A stretch of DNA of 27,699 nucleotides from Bdellovibrionales bacterium. Lineage in GTDB: Bacteria > Bdellovibrionota > UBA1018 > CAIMNF01. The notes beneath the pieces were generated by a model. It saw nothing but the letters and a program-made list of their open reading frames with translations. It was not told where the DNA came from and searched no databases. How positions within the stretch are numbered: the first letter of the stretch is position 1; each line of letters opens with the position of its first letter. Position numbers and translations under genes: made by a program. This document shows, in pieces, positions 1 through 8,978 of the stretch. Location of the stretch: NCBI GenBank assembly GCA_040380025.1, contig JBEIJY010000033.1:1-27699 (forward strand). Reading direction: 5' to 3'.

Positions 1-128
1 CGATCGTCCGAACAAGGCTCTTCGGAATAGAACCCCGGAAGAGTTTGCAAGAGAACAGGGGCTGATGCTATACGCATGAGTCTCTTAACTATGAGGATTC
101 GAGTCCTACGGTTCGTGGGGCAACGTCA
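1..128 (+). mobile_element. Right end of an IS3-family (IS407-group-like) insertion sequence, truncated by the window edge
   Basis: A transposase-like C-terminus at 2..79 is followed about 50 bp later by ...GTTCGTGGGGCAACGTCA ending at 128. This resembles IS3/IS407-group right inverted repeats, which end in GGGGCAACGTCA with the terminal CA. Confidence 0.75.
2..79 (+). CDS. IS3-family transposase OrfB (integrase core), C-terminal fragment
   Basis: Frame 2 reads DRPNKALRNRTPEEFAREQGLMLYA*, matching the N-x-x-RPH-x-(S/A)L-x-x-x-TP-x-EF tail of IS3 OrfB proteins. Not in the supplied ORF track. Confidence 0.75.
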   Translation, partial: DRPNKALRNRTPEEFAREQGLMLYA

Positions 129-346
129 GTCCGGTCTAAACAGGGGCTACTACAATCTTGACGCTGCCCAACGATTCGTTGGGCAATATAAAATCGAATC
201 GGCATCCGTTCTCCTGGTCGAAGTCCTTCTTGTGATCAAACAAAATCCCAAGATGATCCCCCTTCAGGCGCCTTCCACCGGGATTGATGACCCGTTCCCA
301 TCTTTGCCATTTACACCGCTCCCGTTCCTGCACAAAATTAAAGTTG

Positions 347-1510
347 ATGAACCCCGTGAATCCGGCACGCATTGAGGCCATCGACATTCTCCGCGGATCG
401 GCCCTGCTTGGCATTCTGGTCATGAACATCCAGGCGTTCGCGCTTCCGATCGCGGCCTACTTCAATCCGATGGTCTATGGCGACTTCTCGGGATCGGACC
501 GGGTCGCATGGCTCGTGACCCGCTTGTTCTTCGATGTGAAGTTCCTGAGCATCTTCTCGATGCTCTTCGGTGCCTCGCTGGTACTGGCCGGTGGCGGAGT
601 CCAAGCGAAAAAACGACTCGCCTGGCTCCTTGTTTTCGGTCTGATTCATGGATATTTCCTTTTCGTCGGCGACATTCTTTTCACCTATGCGATTGTCGGG
701 TTTTTGATCTTACCCGCCCGAACCTGGGCGATCAAAACCCAGCTTCGTGCGGGTCTGGCGCTTCTGATGGCTTCCCCGCTGACTCTTGCGGGATTGGGAA
801 TCTGCCACGAGTGGCTTCCGGATTCCTTGCAATCGGAGCTTTTTCGAACAGTCACGGACCTTGATGTCGCGCGCGATCTGGCCGTGTTTCGATCGGATTA
901 CCTCTCGCAACTCCCCCACCGCGCTGAACTCAGTTTCTCGAACCAGATTCACGGGACCGCTTTTGAGTCGGGCTGGCAAGCCGCAGGCTGTATGCTTCTT
1001 GGCATGGCGGCTGTGCGATCCGGCTTCTTTCAGAGGACCCACGAGTTCATCCGGGTCGCAGTGGGTTTCTTTTCGATCGGGATCCTGATGAGCGCGCTAG
1101 GGGTATTTTTCGCAATGAAAAACCAATTCGCGCCGCACGCATGGCTGATCGGTCAATCCCTGCACATGGCTGGCTCGGCCGGTATCGCCTTCGCGTGGCT
1201 CACAGGCCTGGTCGCACTCTCCCGAATGCGCGCACTACAGGGGATCTTCTCGAACATCGCTCGACTGGGAAAGGTTGGCTTCAGTGCGTACATTCTGCAA
1301 TCGATTGCAGGAATGTTTGTGTTTTGCGGCCAAGGCTTCGGGCAATACGGGTCGTGGAATCGCGTGGACCTGATCATTGCCGCAGTTCTTTTCTGGGTGT
1401 TCCAGATCTTTCTCGCGATGGCATGGACCTCGCGGTTTCGGGTGGGCCCCTTGGAGGCAGTATGGAGAGGGCTCTCGCGCGGGGATTTTTCGCTCGGGCG
1501 GATTTCATAG
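347..1510 (+). CDS. DUF418 (YeiB-like) inner membrane protein
   Basis: N-terminal RIEAIDILRGSALLGILVMNI, KFLSIFSMLFG, GDILFTYA and C-terminal W..RFRVGPLEAVWR motifs of the DUF418 family, with many hydrophobic segments. ATG 347 is preferred over ORF start 284. Confidence 0.9.
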   Translation: MNPVNPARIEAIDILRGSALLGILVMNIQAFALPIAAYFNPMVYGDFSGSDRVAWLVTRLFFDVKFLSIFSMLFGASLVLAGGGVQAKKRLAWLLVFGLIHGYFLFVGDILFTYAIVGFLILPARTWAIKTQLRAGLALLMASPLTLAGLGICHEWLPDSLQSELFRTVTDLDVARDLAVFRSDYLSQLPHRAELSFSNQIHGTAFESGWQAAGCMLLGMAAVRSGFFQRTHEFIRVAVGFFSIGILMSALGVFFAMKNQFAPHAWLIGQSLHMAGSAGIAFAWLTGLVALSRMRALQGIFSNIARLGKVGFSAYILQSIAGMFVFCGQGFGQYGSWNRVDLIIAAVLFWVFQIFLAMAWTSRFRVGPLEAVWRGLSRGDFSLGRIS

Positions 1511-1553
1511 CGGAAACCGTGATTCCTCGCCGCTCGTTCGGCACCCGATCCTT

Positions 1554-1940
1554 TCATTCCCGTTCGAGACCGGCCATTTCGCGGAGCATCTGGCGCCAGG
1601 CGGGGACTCCGCTTTCGAACATTTGCGTGAAGACCCTGTCGAGATTGAAATGAAAATCGAGGCCCGGATGGTTGAATATTTGATCACGCGAAAAACAGAC
1701 CGTAACTCCGGCTCCATTCGCAAAACGGATCAGGGATTCGAGTTTCGATGGAGCATGGGCCGAACGGGTCACCTGAGCAAAAACCCTCTTACCCTTCACT
1801 GATCTGCCGTGGAAGTGGGTCGAAGAAATAGCTTTCTTGTCTCGCAATATGGTGTACTCCAATCGGACCGCTGCCGGCGCGAGTTCGGATTTGTGACCAT
1901 TCCCTTTGTTTTGGATCCGTCCCATGAAAATCAGTCCCAT
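1554..1940 (-). CDS. Hypothetical protein (128 aa)
   Basis: Fills the gap downstream of the nuclease gene, and its ATG overlaps the nuclease stop (TGATG at 1942..1938). No recognisable motif. Confidence 0.3.
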   Translation of the reverse strand: MGLIFMGRIQNKGNGHKSELAPAAVRLEYTILRDKKAISSTHFHGRSVKGKRVFAQVTRSAHAPSKLESLIRFANGAGVTVCFSRDQIFNHPGLDFHFNLDRVFTQMFESGVPAWRQMLREMAGLERE

Positions 1941-2929
1941 CAGGTGCGAATCTCCTCCAAAAGGCGGCTTCCAACCCCCGGGTCGAGCCCGACCAGAGTC
2001 TGCCGGTAGATCAGATCGATGTTCATCGCCTTGATCTGTGCGACGCTGAGCGGTTGCCGTGCCCTTTTGAAGTCCCTGAGCCTCACAAAGAACTCATTGT
2101 CGGGAATTCCATCATGCTCCTTTTTTTCGACTTTGCCATCGACCACTCCGGTCGCAATGATTCCCTTGGAGTTCGAGTACAAAAACACACGATCCCCTTT
2201 TTGCAATTTTTCGATTTTGTACTTCCATGGATCATGGAATGCAGAAGCTTTTTGTTCCGAGAGCATCTCTTCCTCGTGATGATCCCCCGCGCTCCGGTTT
2301 GTGTTCAACAGCCAGGCTCCGGATTCCAATGTCTCACCGCACGGGAACTCGATGGCAAAATCCCCCGGAGAAGTTTCATACACATGGACAAGATGAAGCC
2401 GGAGGTCGATTCCCTTGTTTCTCCAGAAATCCACACTCGCGCGACACCCGGGATCGACTCCATCCGCAATCAATACGAGCGTTTGCTTTTGATTGAACTG
2501 CTCATCGGGAAGAGCCTTCCTCAGATCGAAATACCTTCGATGGGCCTCGGATAGCTCGAGAGTCTCCGTGGCTTCCCGGGGAGAGGAACGCCTCTTGAAC
2601 TTTTCATGAAACTGATTCAGCTGGGAGTACGAGAACCGCCCGAAAATACCGGCATACTTCAAAAGCTGCTCCACGGCGTCTTGAGATGCGGTCCATCGCT
2701 TCAGCTCGAAGATCCACGAATTCCCGTCTTTGTCGATCGCAAGAAGATCGGGCTCCGTCTGCCATTGATTCTCCTGGAACACCAAAAGAAGGTCTTCGCC
2801 GGTCACGGTTTCAAGGTTTCGAGCGATGAGATTCTCGAGGTCCTTCTCGAGCCACTGCATCTCTGCGAAATTGGTCTTTAGGGGAAAATAGATGAGATTC
2901 TTCGTATTCGAATCGATTCGGTAGAGCAT
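1940..2929 (-). CDS. NucS/EndoMS-like PD-(D/E)XK endonuclease fused to a C-terminal EVE/PUA-like domain (putative modification-dependent nuclease)
   Basis: EKDLENLI...EPDLLAIDKDGNSWIFELKR...EQLLKYA (PD..ELK plus QxxxY). The C-terminal WLLNTN...KLQKGDRVFLYSNSKGIIATGVV pattern is EVE-like. AAAGGA RBS upstream of ATG 2929. Confidence 0.75.
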   Translation of the reverse strand: MLYRIDSNTKNLIYFPLKTNFAEMQWLEKDLENLIARNLETVTGEDLLLVFQENQWQTEPDLLAIDKDGNSWIFELKRWTASQDAVEQLLKYAGIFGRFSYSQLNQFHEKFKRRSSPREATETLELSEAHRRYFDLRKALPDEQFNQKQTLVLIADGVDPGCRASVDFWRNKGIDLRLHLVHVYETSPGDFAIEFPCGETLESGAWLLNTNRSAGDHHEEEMLSEQKASAFHDPWKYKIEKLQKGDRVFLYSNSKGIIATGVVDGKVEKKEHDGIPDNEFFVRLRDFKRARQPLSVAQIKAMNIDLIYRQTLVGLDPGVGSRLLEEIRT

Positions 2930-3122
2930 GGGTTTCCTTTCGGGGAATGATGTCACGATCCAAAATGCACTGATTGCCGAAGCACACTACGGCACAGGGA
3001 TGACATCCGGGGACAAGGGAGGGAACCGCCACACCTCTCCTCCTGAACTAGCGCGTCAGACACCGAAGCGAATCCGTCCGATTCTTCCCTCCGCAAACCA
3101 CGACCGTGCTAGACTCATCCCC

Positions 3123-3650
3123 ATGTCCAAATGGATGGAGGCATTCCTCAGGGCCTGCAAACGACTTCCCGCCTACACCGAACGCGCGTGGTTCGCTCCA
3201 GCAGTGGCGGGCCTGGCATTCTTGGACTTCTTCATCTTCATTGTTCCGCTCGATGCGATCGTGATCGGCTCGTTTTTGGCCGCTCCTAGAAAACGATTCC
3301 GAATCGCGTGGATGACCGCCCTTGGCTCCACCCTGGGTGCGGTGGGATTTGCCCTTTTGATCCGGCACCTCGGGATGGGTTTTTTGAATGCAGTGACGCC
3401 CGGAATTCTAGAGGGAGATTGGGCCAGAACCTTGGGAATCTGGTTTCAGAGTTACGGATTTTGGGCTTTGGCGGGCAGTGCATCGATCCCGATCTACCAG
3501 CATCCGGTCGTGGCCGTGGCCGCGCTATCGGCTTTGCCGATGGTGTCGATTTTTTGGGGGATGCTCCTCGGGCGCGTGATCAAGTTCGGGACCTTTGCGA
3601 TCCTTTCGCACCATGCGCGCGTGAGGATGGAGCGTTGGTTCGGGGAGTAG
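3123..3650 (+). CDS. DedA/YqaA (VTT/SNARE-associated) family membrane protein
   Basis: AFLDFFIFIVPLDAIV, TALGSTLGA, SIPIY and LLGRVIKF motifs. ATG 3123 is preferred over the ORF start at 2928. Confidence 0.8.
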   Translation: MSKWMEAFLRACKRLPAYTERAWFAPAVAGLAFLDFFIFIVPLDAIVIGSFLAAPRKRFRIAWMTALGSTLGAVGFALLIRHLGMGFLNAVTPGILEGDWARTLGIWFQSYGFWALAGSASIPIYQHPVVAVAALSALPMVSIFWGMLLGRVIKFGTFAILSHHARVRMERWFGE

Positions 3651-3953
3651 GATGTCTGCCACTACCGGGAGTGTTTGATCTTCCCCGGGAACCAGCCTGA
3701 TCTGACAAGCAAGCCGTTCGCTTTTTCCCGCGTTCAGGCGCTCCAGAAAATCGACTTCAGACTCGTCCGGAGGAGCCAAGTGTTCGGCCTCGAGGACCTC
3801 CACTTTACAGCTTCCACATACGCCCTGCCCGCATCCAAATGTGATTGGAAGATCGATCTCATGCGCCACATCCATCAACGCAGATCCCTTACCCAGTTCG
3901 ACGAACAAATCCTGCTCTTCGAGTCTCAAGCGAATTCTGGATTTTTGATTCAT
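3525..3953 (-). CDS. 2Fe-2S ferredoxin
   Basis: FGCGQGVCGSCKVEV...ERLACQ cysteine motif; AGGAG RBS before ATG 3953. The 3' end overlaps the opposite-strand DedA gene by 126 bp. Confidence 0.88.
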   Translation of the reverse strand: MNQKSRIRLRLEEQDLFVELGKGSALMDVAHEIDLPITFGCGQGVCGSCKVEVLEAEHLAPPDESEVDFLERLNAGKSERLACQIRLVPGEDQTLPVVADILLPEPTLHPHARMVRKDRKGPELDHAPEEHPPKNRHHRQSR

Positions 3954-3966
3954 GAGGTTCTCCTGA

Positions 3967-5190
3967 TCAAGATTCAAGCGATGGCATTACGGTCCGGTAA
4001 CCGAAAATCCATTTTCCCGTGAGAATGGTCAAAACGCCCAAGGTTGCGGCAATCACGCTCATCAAAAGCAAGTTTTCCTGTGGGGTCATCACACCTGCAG
4101 TGAGCGAGACCACGAACCCGCTGATCGGAAGCGAGAAGTTGTTCACAAGAATGATCACCCCGGTCACTTTTCCGAAATCCTCCTTGGGAATGATTCTCGC
4201 CCGCAAGGAGCGTATGTATACATTGAACATTCCGTCGAACGCGAACAGGGTGCTCAGGCCCAAGCCAAACACAAGGATGTTTCCAGCAAGGGACCCGATC
4301 CACGCTCCCAGCACCATTCCAGCGAACGCCATGAGCCCGACCCCGTGAAGCCCGATCCTCCGCACCAATTCCGGGGCGGCCATGAAGGCCATGATGCAGG
4401 CAATGCCAGCGGCGGTTTGCATGAGTCCGAATGCGTGCTCCGGCTGCATCAAGCGTTGGGTAACGATCGCGGGGGCGACCACAAGGATCGTTCCGTAGAT
4501 CAAATTTACAAGCCAGGTCAGCGCGCAGAGCTGAAGAAGCATCTTTTTTTGGAATAGGATCGTAAAACCCCTTGTATAACTTTCGACGACAATCGCCTGA
4601 AAAGACTTCGGAGCGGGTGGCGTGAAATCCGCCTTGGGCAAAGACAAGGAGTTCAGAAAGCTTACTCCGAAGAAAACTGCACCGGATGCAATTACGGATC
4701 TCAGCTCGAAAAACGCCGCCGCCGCCCCGGCCAGAGCCGGCCCGAGGACCTGACTGAGCTGATCCACACCTTGAAGCCACGACTGTGCCTTGGGCATATC
4801 CTCTGCTGGCAACTGACGAGGAAGCGTGGCCTCCATTCCGATGAAGGCCAAGGAGTTCAAGATCGACATGCAAGCCATCATGCCGCTCAAGAGCCAGAAG
4901 GAACTGGAAGGGAAAACATGGATCGCTAAATAGGAACCAAGAATCAGGATCATTCTCCCCAAATCCGAGAAGCGATAGAGATTCCTGACATTGATCCGAT
5001 CTGCGAGACTGCCTGAGACCGGAAGGAAAAACAACCGGGGCAGCCACTCGATCGCAAACGCAAGTCCCGACCATTTCACACTGCCGGTGACCTTCAGAAT
5101 ATACAAAGGCACCGCAAACATCATGAACTGGTCGCCCAGTGCGGCCAACATTCTCGAGAGCATAAAACGATGAAGTCTGAAGCGTGACAT
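3967..5190 (-). CDS. MFS transporter (probable efflux/exporter)
   Basis: About 12 hydrophobic segments, GSLADRINVR motif-A-like loop, IPKEDFGKVTG loop; AGGAG RBS overlapping the upstream stop. Confidence 0.92.
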   Translation of the reverse strand: MSRFRLHRFMLSRMLAALGDQFMMFAVPLYILKVTGSVKWSGLAFAIEWLPRLFFLPVSGSLADRINVRNLYRFSDLGRMILILGSYLAIHVFPSSSFWLLSGMMACMSILNSLAFIGMEATLPRQLPAEDMPKAQSWLQGVDQLSQVLGPALAGAAAAFFELRSVIASGAVFFGVSFLNSLSLPKADFTPPAPKSFQAIVVESYTRGFTILFQKKMLLQLCALTWLVNLIYGTILVVAPAIVTQRLMQPEHAFGLMQTAAGIACIMAFMAAPELVRRIGLHGVGLMAFAGMVLGAWIGSLAGNILVFGLGLSTLFAFDGMFNVYIRSLRARIIPKEDFGKVTGVIILVNNFSLPISGFVVSLTAGVMTPQENLLLMSVIAATLGVLTILTGKWIFGYRTVMPSLES

Positions 5191-5198
5191 GAAGTCTC

Positions 5199-6383
5199 CT
5201 AATTTACGTTTTCGAAAATCTCTTGAATCAAAGTTTTCACCTCGAAACTGGTTTCCCCGCGGACCAGTCCCGCCAGAGGGACCTCCCTCGATTGGTAGGT
5301 GATATTGTTAAAAAGCGGAGCCCCGGCCGCCAATGCATTCCATCGGACCATCCCGGGATGGAACTTGTACGCATCGAATCCATGAACTCCTGAAAACGGG
5401 CCCGGAAGATGGTGCCCCGGGAACACAAACCATCCGAACTGGCTCTGGTACGGAGCCGACACCCTGATTGAAACAGGCTCATTGAGGTACAGCTTCAACT
5501 CCTCCGAGGGGAGATGAATTCCCGTGGCAAGTTCAAAGGTATCGACCACATCCCCTCCTCCCACTCTGGCTCCCACCTCAAGGAAAACAAGCTGGTCTCC
5601 CTTTTGAATCGCCTCCAGATGAAACGCACTGTTCTGGATCCCGACTGCGGAAATACACCGCTGGGCCCAATCCTGATGCTCGCTCCGATGCTCGATCTGA
5701 AACGAACCCAAAGGCTTTCCCCGCGCATAATCAAGACAAGTCCCGATGTATTGACTGGCGACAAAACACTGAATGACACCGTTGGAGACCAGGCCATCCA
5801 TATGAAGAATAGCCCCTTCGACATATTCCTCGAGTTCGAATTTTTCTGGATTCTTTCCGTGCGATCGATACACTTCGAGCCGAGCCAAGGCCTCTTCAAC
5901 AGTCCGATGCACAGTCACATCTTGCGAAGATGCTCCGTCAACGGGTTTCAAAACGACCTTTCCCTCCCAGAGTAGTTCCAAAGAACGACTGACCGCCTCA
6001 TCGGCACGAATCCAGCGGGGAGTTGCGATCCCATGGTCCTGAACCGCGCGCTTCATGGCGACTTTATTTCGGACTTTCTCGACATCCACAGGCCTAGGCC
6101 CCGGAACACCCAGAACCTCACGGATGATCGCCGCATCCATGAGTTCGTATTCCGAGACGGAAATCACCCGATCGAAGTTCTCGTTTCGGGGAATCACATC
6201 CAGAACCTCTCTTGCGGTTCTCTCCACTCCCTGTCGAACGAGTTTTTTGCAATTCAGCCCCGGGGGCAAATCCCCAATTCGCTCATGAAGGCCCACATAG
6301 GTGACCTCGTGCGTGTCGTGGTTGATCCCACGGTGATACTCGATTTTGTAATAGGGCACCCGATGAAGAACAAGGATTTTCAT
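5199..6383 (-). CDS. ATP-grasp domain protein (L-amino-acid ligase-like) #3
   Basis: RNKVAMK, VVLKPVDGASSQDV, LEEYVEG, AFHLE, FLEVGARVGGG. ATGA overlap with the upstream gene. Confidence 0.9.
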   Translation of the reverse strand: MKILVLHRVPYYKIEYHRGINHDTHEVTYVGLHERIGDLPPGLNCKKLVRQGVERTAREVLDVIPRNENFDRVISVSEYELMDAAIIREVLGVPGPRPVDVEKVRNKVAMKRAVQDHGIATPRWIRADEAVSRSLELLWEGKVVLKPVDGASSQDVTVHRTVEEALARLEVYRSHGKNPEKFELEEYVEGAILHMDGLVSNGVIQCFVASQYIGTCLDYARGKPLGSFQIEHRSEHQDWAQRCISAVGIQNSAFHLEAIQKGDQLVFLEVGARVGGGDVVDTFELATGIHLPSEELKLYLNEPVSIRVSAPYQSQFGWFVFPGHHLPGPFSGVHGFDAYKFHPGMVRWNALAAGAPLFNNITYQSREVPLAGLVRGETSFEVKTLIQEIFENVN

Positions 6384-7681
6384 GCCAGCTCCATTTCCGG
6401 AAAATGCATGTGTTCCCGCATGGACTCCTTGAATCTCTCCTCGAAGCGGCTTCCGATTTCCCGGATGTCCGCGAGGGGATCATCAGAAAACACGCAAATC
6501 TCGGCAATGAAACCCGAATTGTCCCTCGGTTCGCGATTCACGAGAGTTCCTCCCCTCTGGGTGAAGCGGAAGTCGCTCCACATCAGGCCTTTTGGAGAAT
6601 CCCTCAGAAGCTTCCGAAGCAACTCCCCGGAAAAGTTGGGGTCATCGATCGCAGGAGACAAAGTTCCATTGAAGGGCGCCGCCAGCTCGAGGATGGCCGC
6701 CACCCCCTTCGGGGCCGGAAGGGTCGTCGGGATTCCCTCACCCAACAGCTGGTCGATCCAAAGCTTGAAGAAATTCACCCCATAGACCTTTTCTGCAAGA
6801 TGCCAGATGCGCATTCCCGCCGGACGTCGGTTTGGCTCGATCACCGCTGATCTGGTGCCGGAGAAATCGAGCTTGATCTCGTTATGAAAGGGCCCGATTC
6901 GCTGGCCGACAAGCAGATTTGCGGCTCTCCCTGCGCGCTCAATGCTCTGAAGACGATCGGAGCTCAATCGAGCGGGAACGATCTGGCCCTTTTCGACAGG
7001 ATACCTCCCCGTTACGCTCATTTTTTCCGTGGCAAAAGTGAGATGGCCGATTCCATCGAAAGAGTACTCCCGATCAAATGGGATCAGCTCCTCACAGATC
7101 AATCCCTCCTTCAAATACATTTCGACTTCATCGAATGCAGCGCGCAGATCGCACCCCTTTTCAAGACGAAGCACTCCCCGATTGTTCCCTTCACAGGACG
7201 GCTTAAGCACAAATCCATTGGGGCACAGATCGGCAAATGCCTCGAGTTCCGTGCGTGTGCTTACCCTTGCAAAACGTGGCACGAAGATCTCCTGCGCCTC
7301 AAGATAGTGTCGCAAGCGGTCCTCGGCCTCTCGATAGCTCAACTTGGAATAGGCGTTTCGGGCAAGAAGAGCCGAGTCCGACTTCATCCCGAGATGCCCG
7401 GCAAGAGTCGCCCCGCTCACGACCCCATTGTCAGAGAACGGAAGAACGGCAGAAATCCCGGAACAATACGGCGCGAGGAATTGCAACGCTTTCGGAATGA
7501 AATCCGCCGCCCGGGGGTCGAGGTCGCCGATCACGGTCGCCACCTCGCGGTCGCAGGGCTGAGGATTCGGCCGAAGCAGGATGGTCTCTGCTTGATACCG
7601 GGATTTCGCATAATCCGTCATGAGTTTCACATCATGAAAGCGGGTAAGGTTGTAATCGACGATGACAAGGTACTTAGACAT
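6380..7681 (-). CDS. ATP-grasp domain protein (L-amino-acid ligase-like) #2
   Basis: FVLKPSCEGNNRGV, ICEELIPFDREYSFDG, GPFHNEIK, VIEPNRRPAG. GGAG RBS before ATG 7681, which overlaps the upstream gene by 8 nt. Confidence 0.88.
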   Translation of the reverse strand: MSKYLVIVDYNLTRFHDVKLMTDYAKSRYQAETILLRPNPQPCDREVATVIGDLDPRAADFIPKALQFLAPYCSGISAVLPFSDNGVVSGATLAGHLGMKSDSALLARNAYSKLSYREAEDRLRHYLEAQEIFVPRFARVSTRTELEAFADLCPNGFVLKPSCEGNNRGVLRLEKGCDLRAAFDEVEMYLKEGLICEELIPFDREYSFDGIGHLTFATEKMSVTGRYPVEKGQIVPARLSSDRLQSIERAGRAANLLVGQRIGPFHNEIKLDFSGTRSAVIEPNRRPAGMRIWHLAEKVYGVNFFKLWIDQLLGEGIPTTLPAPKGVAAILELAAPFNGTLSPAIDDPNFSGELLRKLLRDSPKGLMWSDFRFTQRGGTLVNREPRDNSGFIAEICVFSDDPLADIREIGSRFEERFKESMREHMHFPEMELA

Positions 7682-8978
7682 ATTCAATCTCCAGTGCTTT
7701 TTTTGAAGTTTCGGTAAAGGTTTGAATTTCATCCTTACGGAGGCGTCGGGGAAAACTCCAAAGGGCCTGCCCGAGAAATACCTCGCGCTCGGCATGCGGA
7801 ATCGGTTGTCCGGGCCGGAAATGGATTTTTAGAATATCGGGTTTTGAATGGGAGGATGGCCCGATTTTTCCGATGACTTTTCCGGGTGTCCCGAAAAACA
7901 CGCGAAACAGGGTTCGTACCTCAGAATTCCTGGATTCCATTTCCAGTTTCTCGAGCTTCTTCAGGAGTATTGACATCTCGCTTGCGTCGTGGACAAGAAG
8001 TGTCTCGATCCAGAGTCCCAGAAGCGAAATCCCCCGATGGCGCTGGTTGACGCTCTCCTTGATCAGCGCCCCTCCCACCCTCGGGTTGATCTCGATCAAC
8101 TCCCATCGATCCATTGCCGGATCCCATTTCGCTTCGACATGAAAAAGCCCCCTGTCGAGACCCATGGCTTTCAGGCACTCCCCGACAAACCGCATGCCGC
8201 GATCGGTGTTTCTTTTGGTGAGCGAAACCGGTGGCGACACGCACAGATTCTCAAGAGTCGTGGAGTTCGTCTCTTCCACATCCAGTTTCTCGTGAATTCC
8301 AAGAAAAAACGCCTTTCCGTCCAGGGCGATGGTCTCGAAACTGAACTCTTTTCCCGGAATGTAATCCTCCAGGATAAATTCCTGATTTTCCTGAAACACC
8401 CCGTCGTATTCGATGTCTTTTCCCATTTGCCTTCGGAGCTCGCGGAGGTTCTCCTTGGCCTTGGCGTTGAGCTTGAAGGTACCGTAGGAACCAAGCCCCC
8501 GTCGTGGTTTCACGAACCCGGGTTTCCCCTCATCCATCCATGAATCGAGAGTGCGTTCATTCGCCTCGACGGCATTGACGCCACTCAACCCCTTTCGCTT
8601 CAAACCCAGCCGGAAGGAAAGCTTGTCGATCGCTCCACCGATCGAACCCGGAGGAATGTCATTTCCCCCGAGCTGGGCGTTCCCAAAAGCCATCAGCTCC
8701 CGGTATCCTTCCCAGACCGAAACCACGGCTCTTGGGTTCAGGTTCTTCGCCGCAAACGCCTCGATCGCATTCCTCACATCAGCCAGGCACAATGACGGTT
8801 TTGAAGTCACAATGACATGCTCGCTGAGTTTTAAAATCGCCGGAATCCTCTCCTCGGAATTCTGCGGGATCGAGGAACTCAGGATCACCGGTATGATGTC
8901 GTTTTCCCGGCACCAAACGGCGATGTCCTCGAGAAACGAATATCCCTGATGACTCAGGATGAGGACGGTCTTCCTCAT
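7674..8978 (-). CDS. ATP-grasp domain protein (L-amino-acid ligase-like) #1
   Basis: DKLSFR, FVKPRRGLGSYG, LEDYIPGKEFSFE, GLFHVEAK, LIEINPRVGG. ATG 8978 forms an ATGA overlap with the oxidase stop. Confidence 0.9.
   Translation of the reverse strand: MRKTVLILSHQGYSFLEDIAVWCRENDIIPVILSSSIPQNSEERIPAILKLSEHVIVTSKPSLCLADVRNAIEAFAAKNLNPRAVVSVWEGYRELMAFGNAQLGGNDIPPGSIGGAIDKLSFRLGLKRKGLSGVNAVEANERTLDSWMDEGKPGFVKPRRGLGSYGTFKLNAKAKENLRELRRQMGKDIEYDGVFQENQEFILEDYIPGKEFSFETIALDGKAFFLGIHEKLDVEETNSTTLENLCVSPPVSLTKRNTDRGMRFVGECLKAMGLDRGLFHVEAKWDPAMDRWELIEINPRVGGALIKESVNQRHRGISLLGLWIETLLVHDASEMSILLKKLEKLEMESRNSEVRTLFRVFFGTPGKVIGKIGPSSHSKPDILKIHFRPGQPIPHAEREVFLGQALWSFPRRLRKDEIQTFTETSKKALEIEYV

Noticed and set aside
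76..429. ORFs 76..375 (+) and 136..429 (-)
   Set aside because: The first crosses the IS boundary and both overlap the DUF418 gene; neither has a recognisable motif or RBS.
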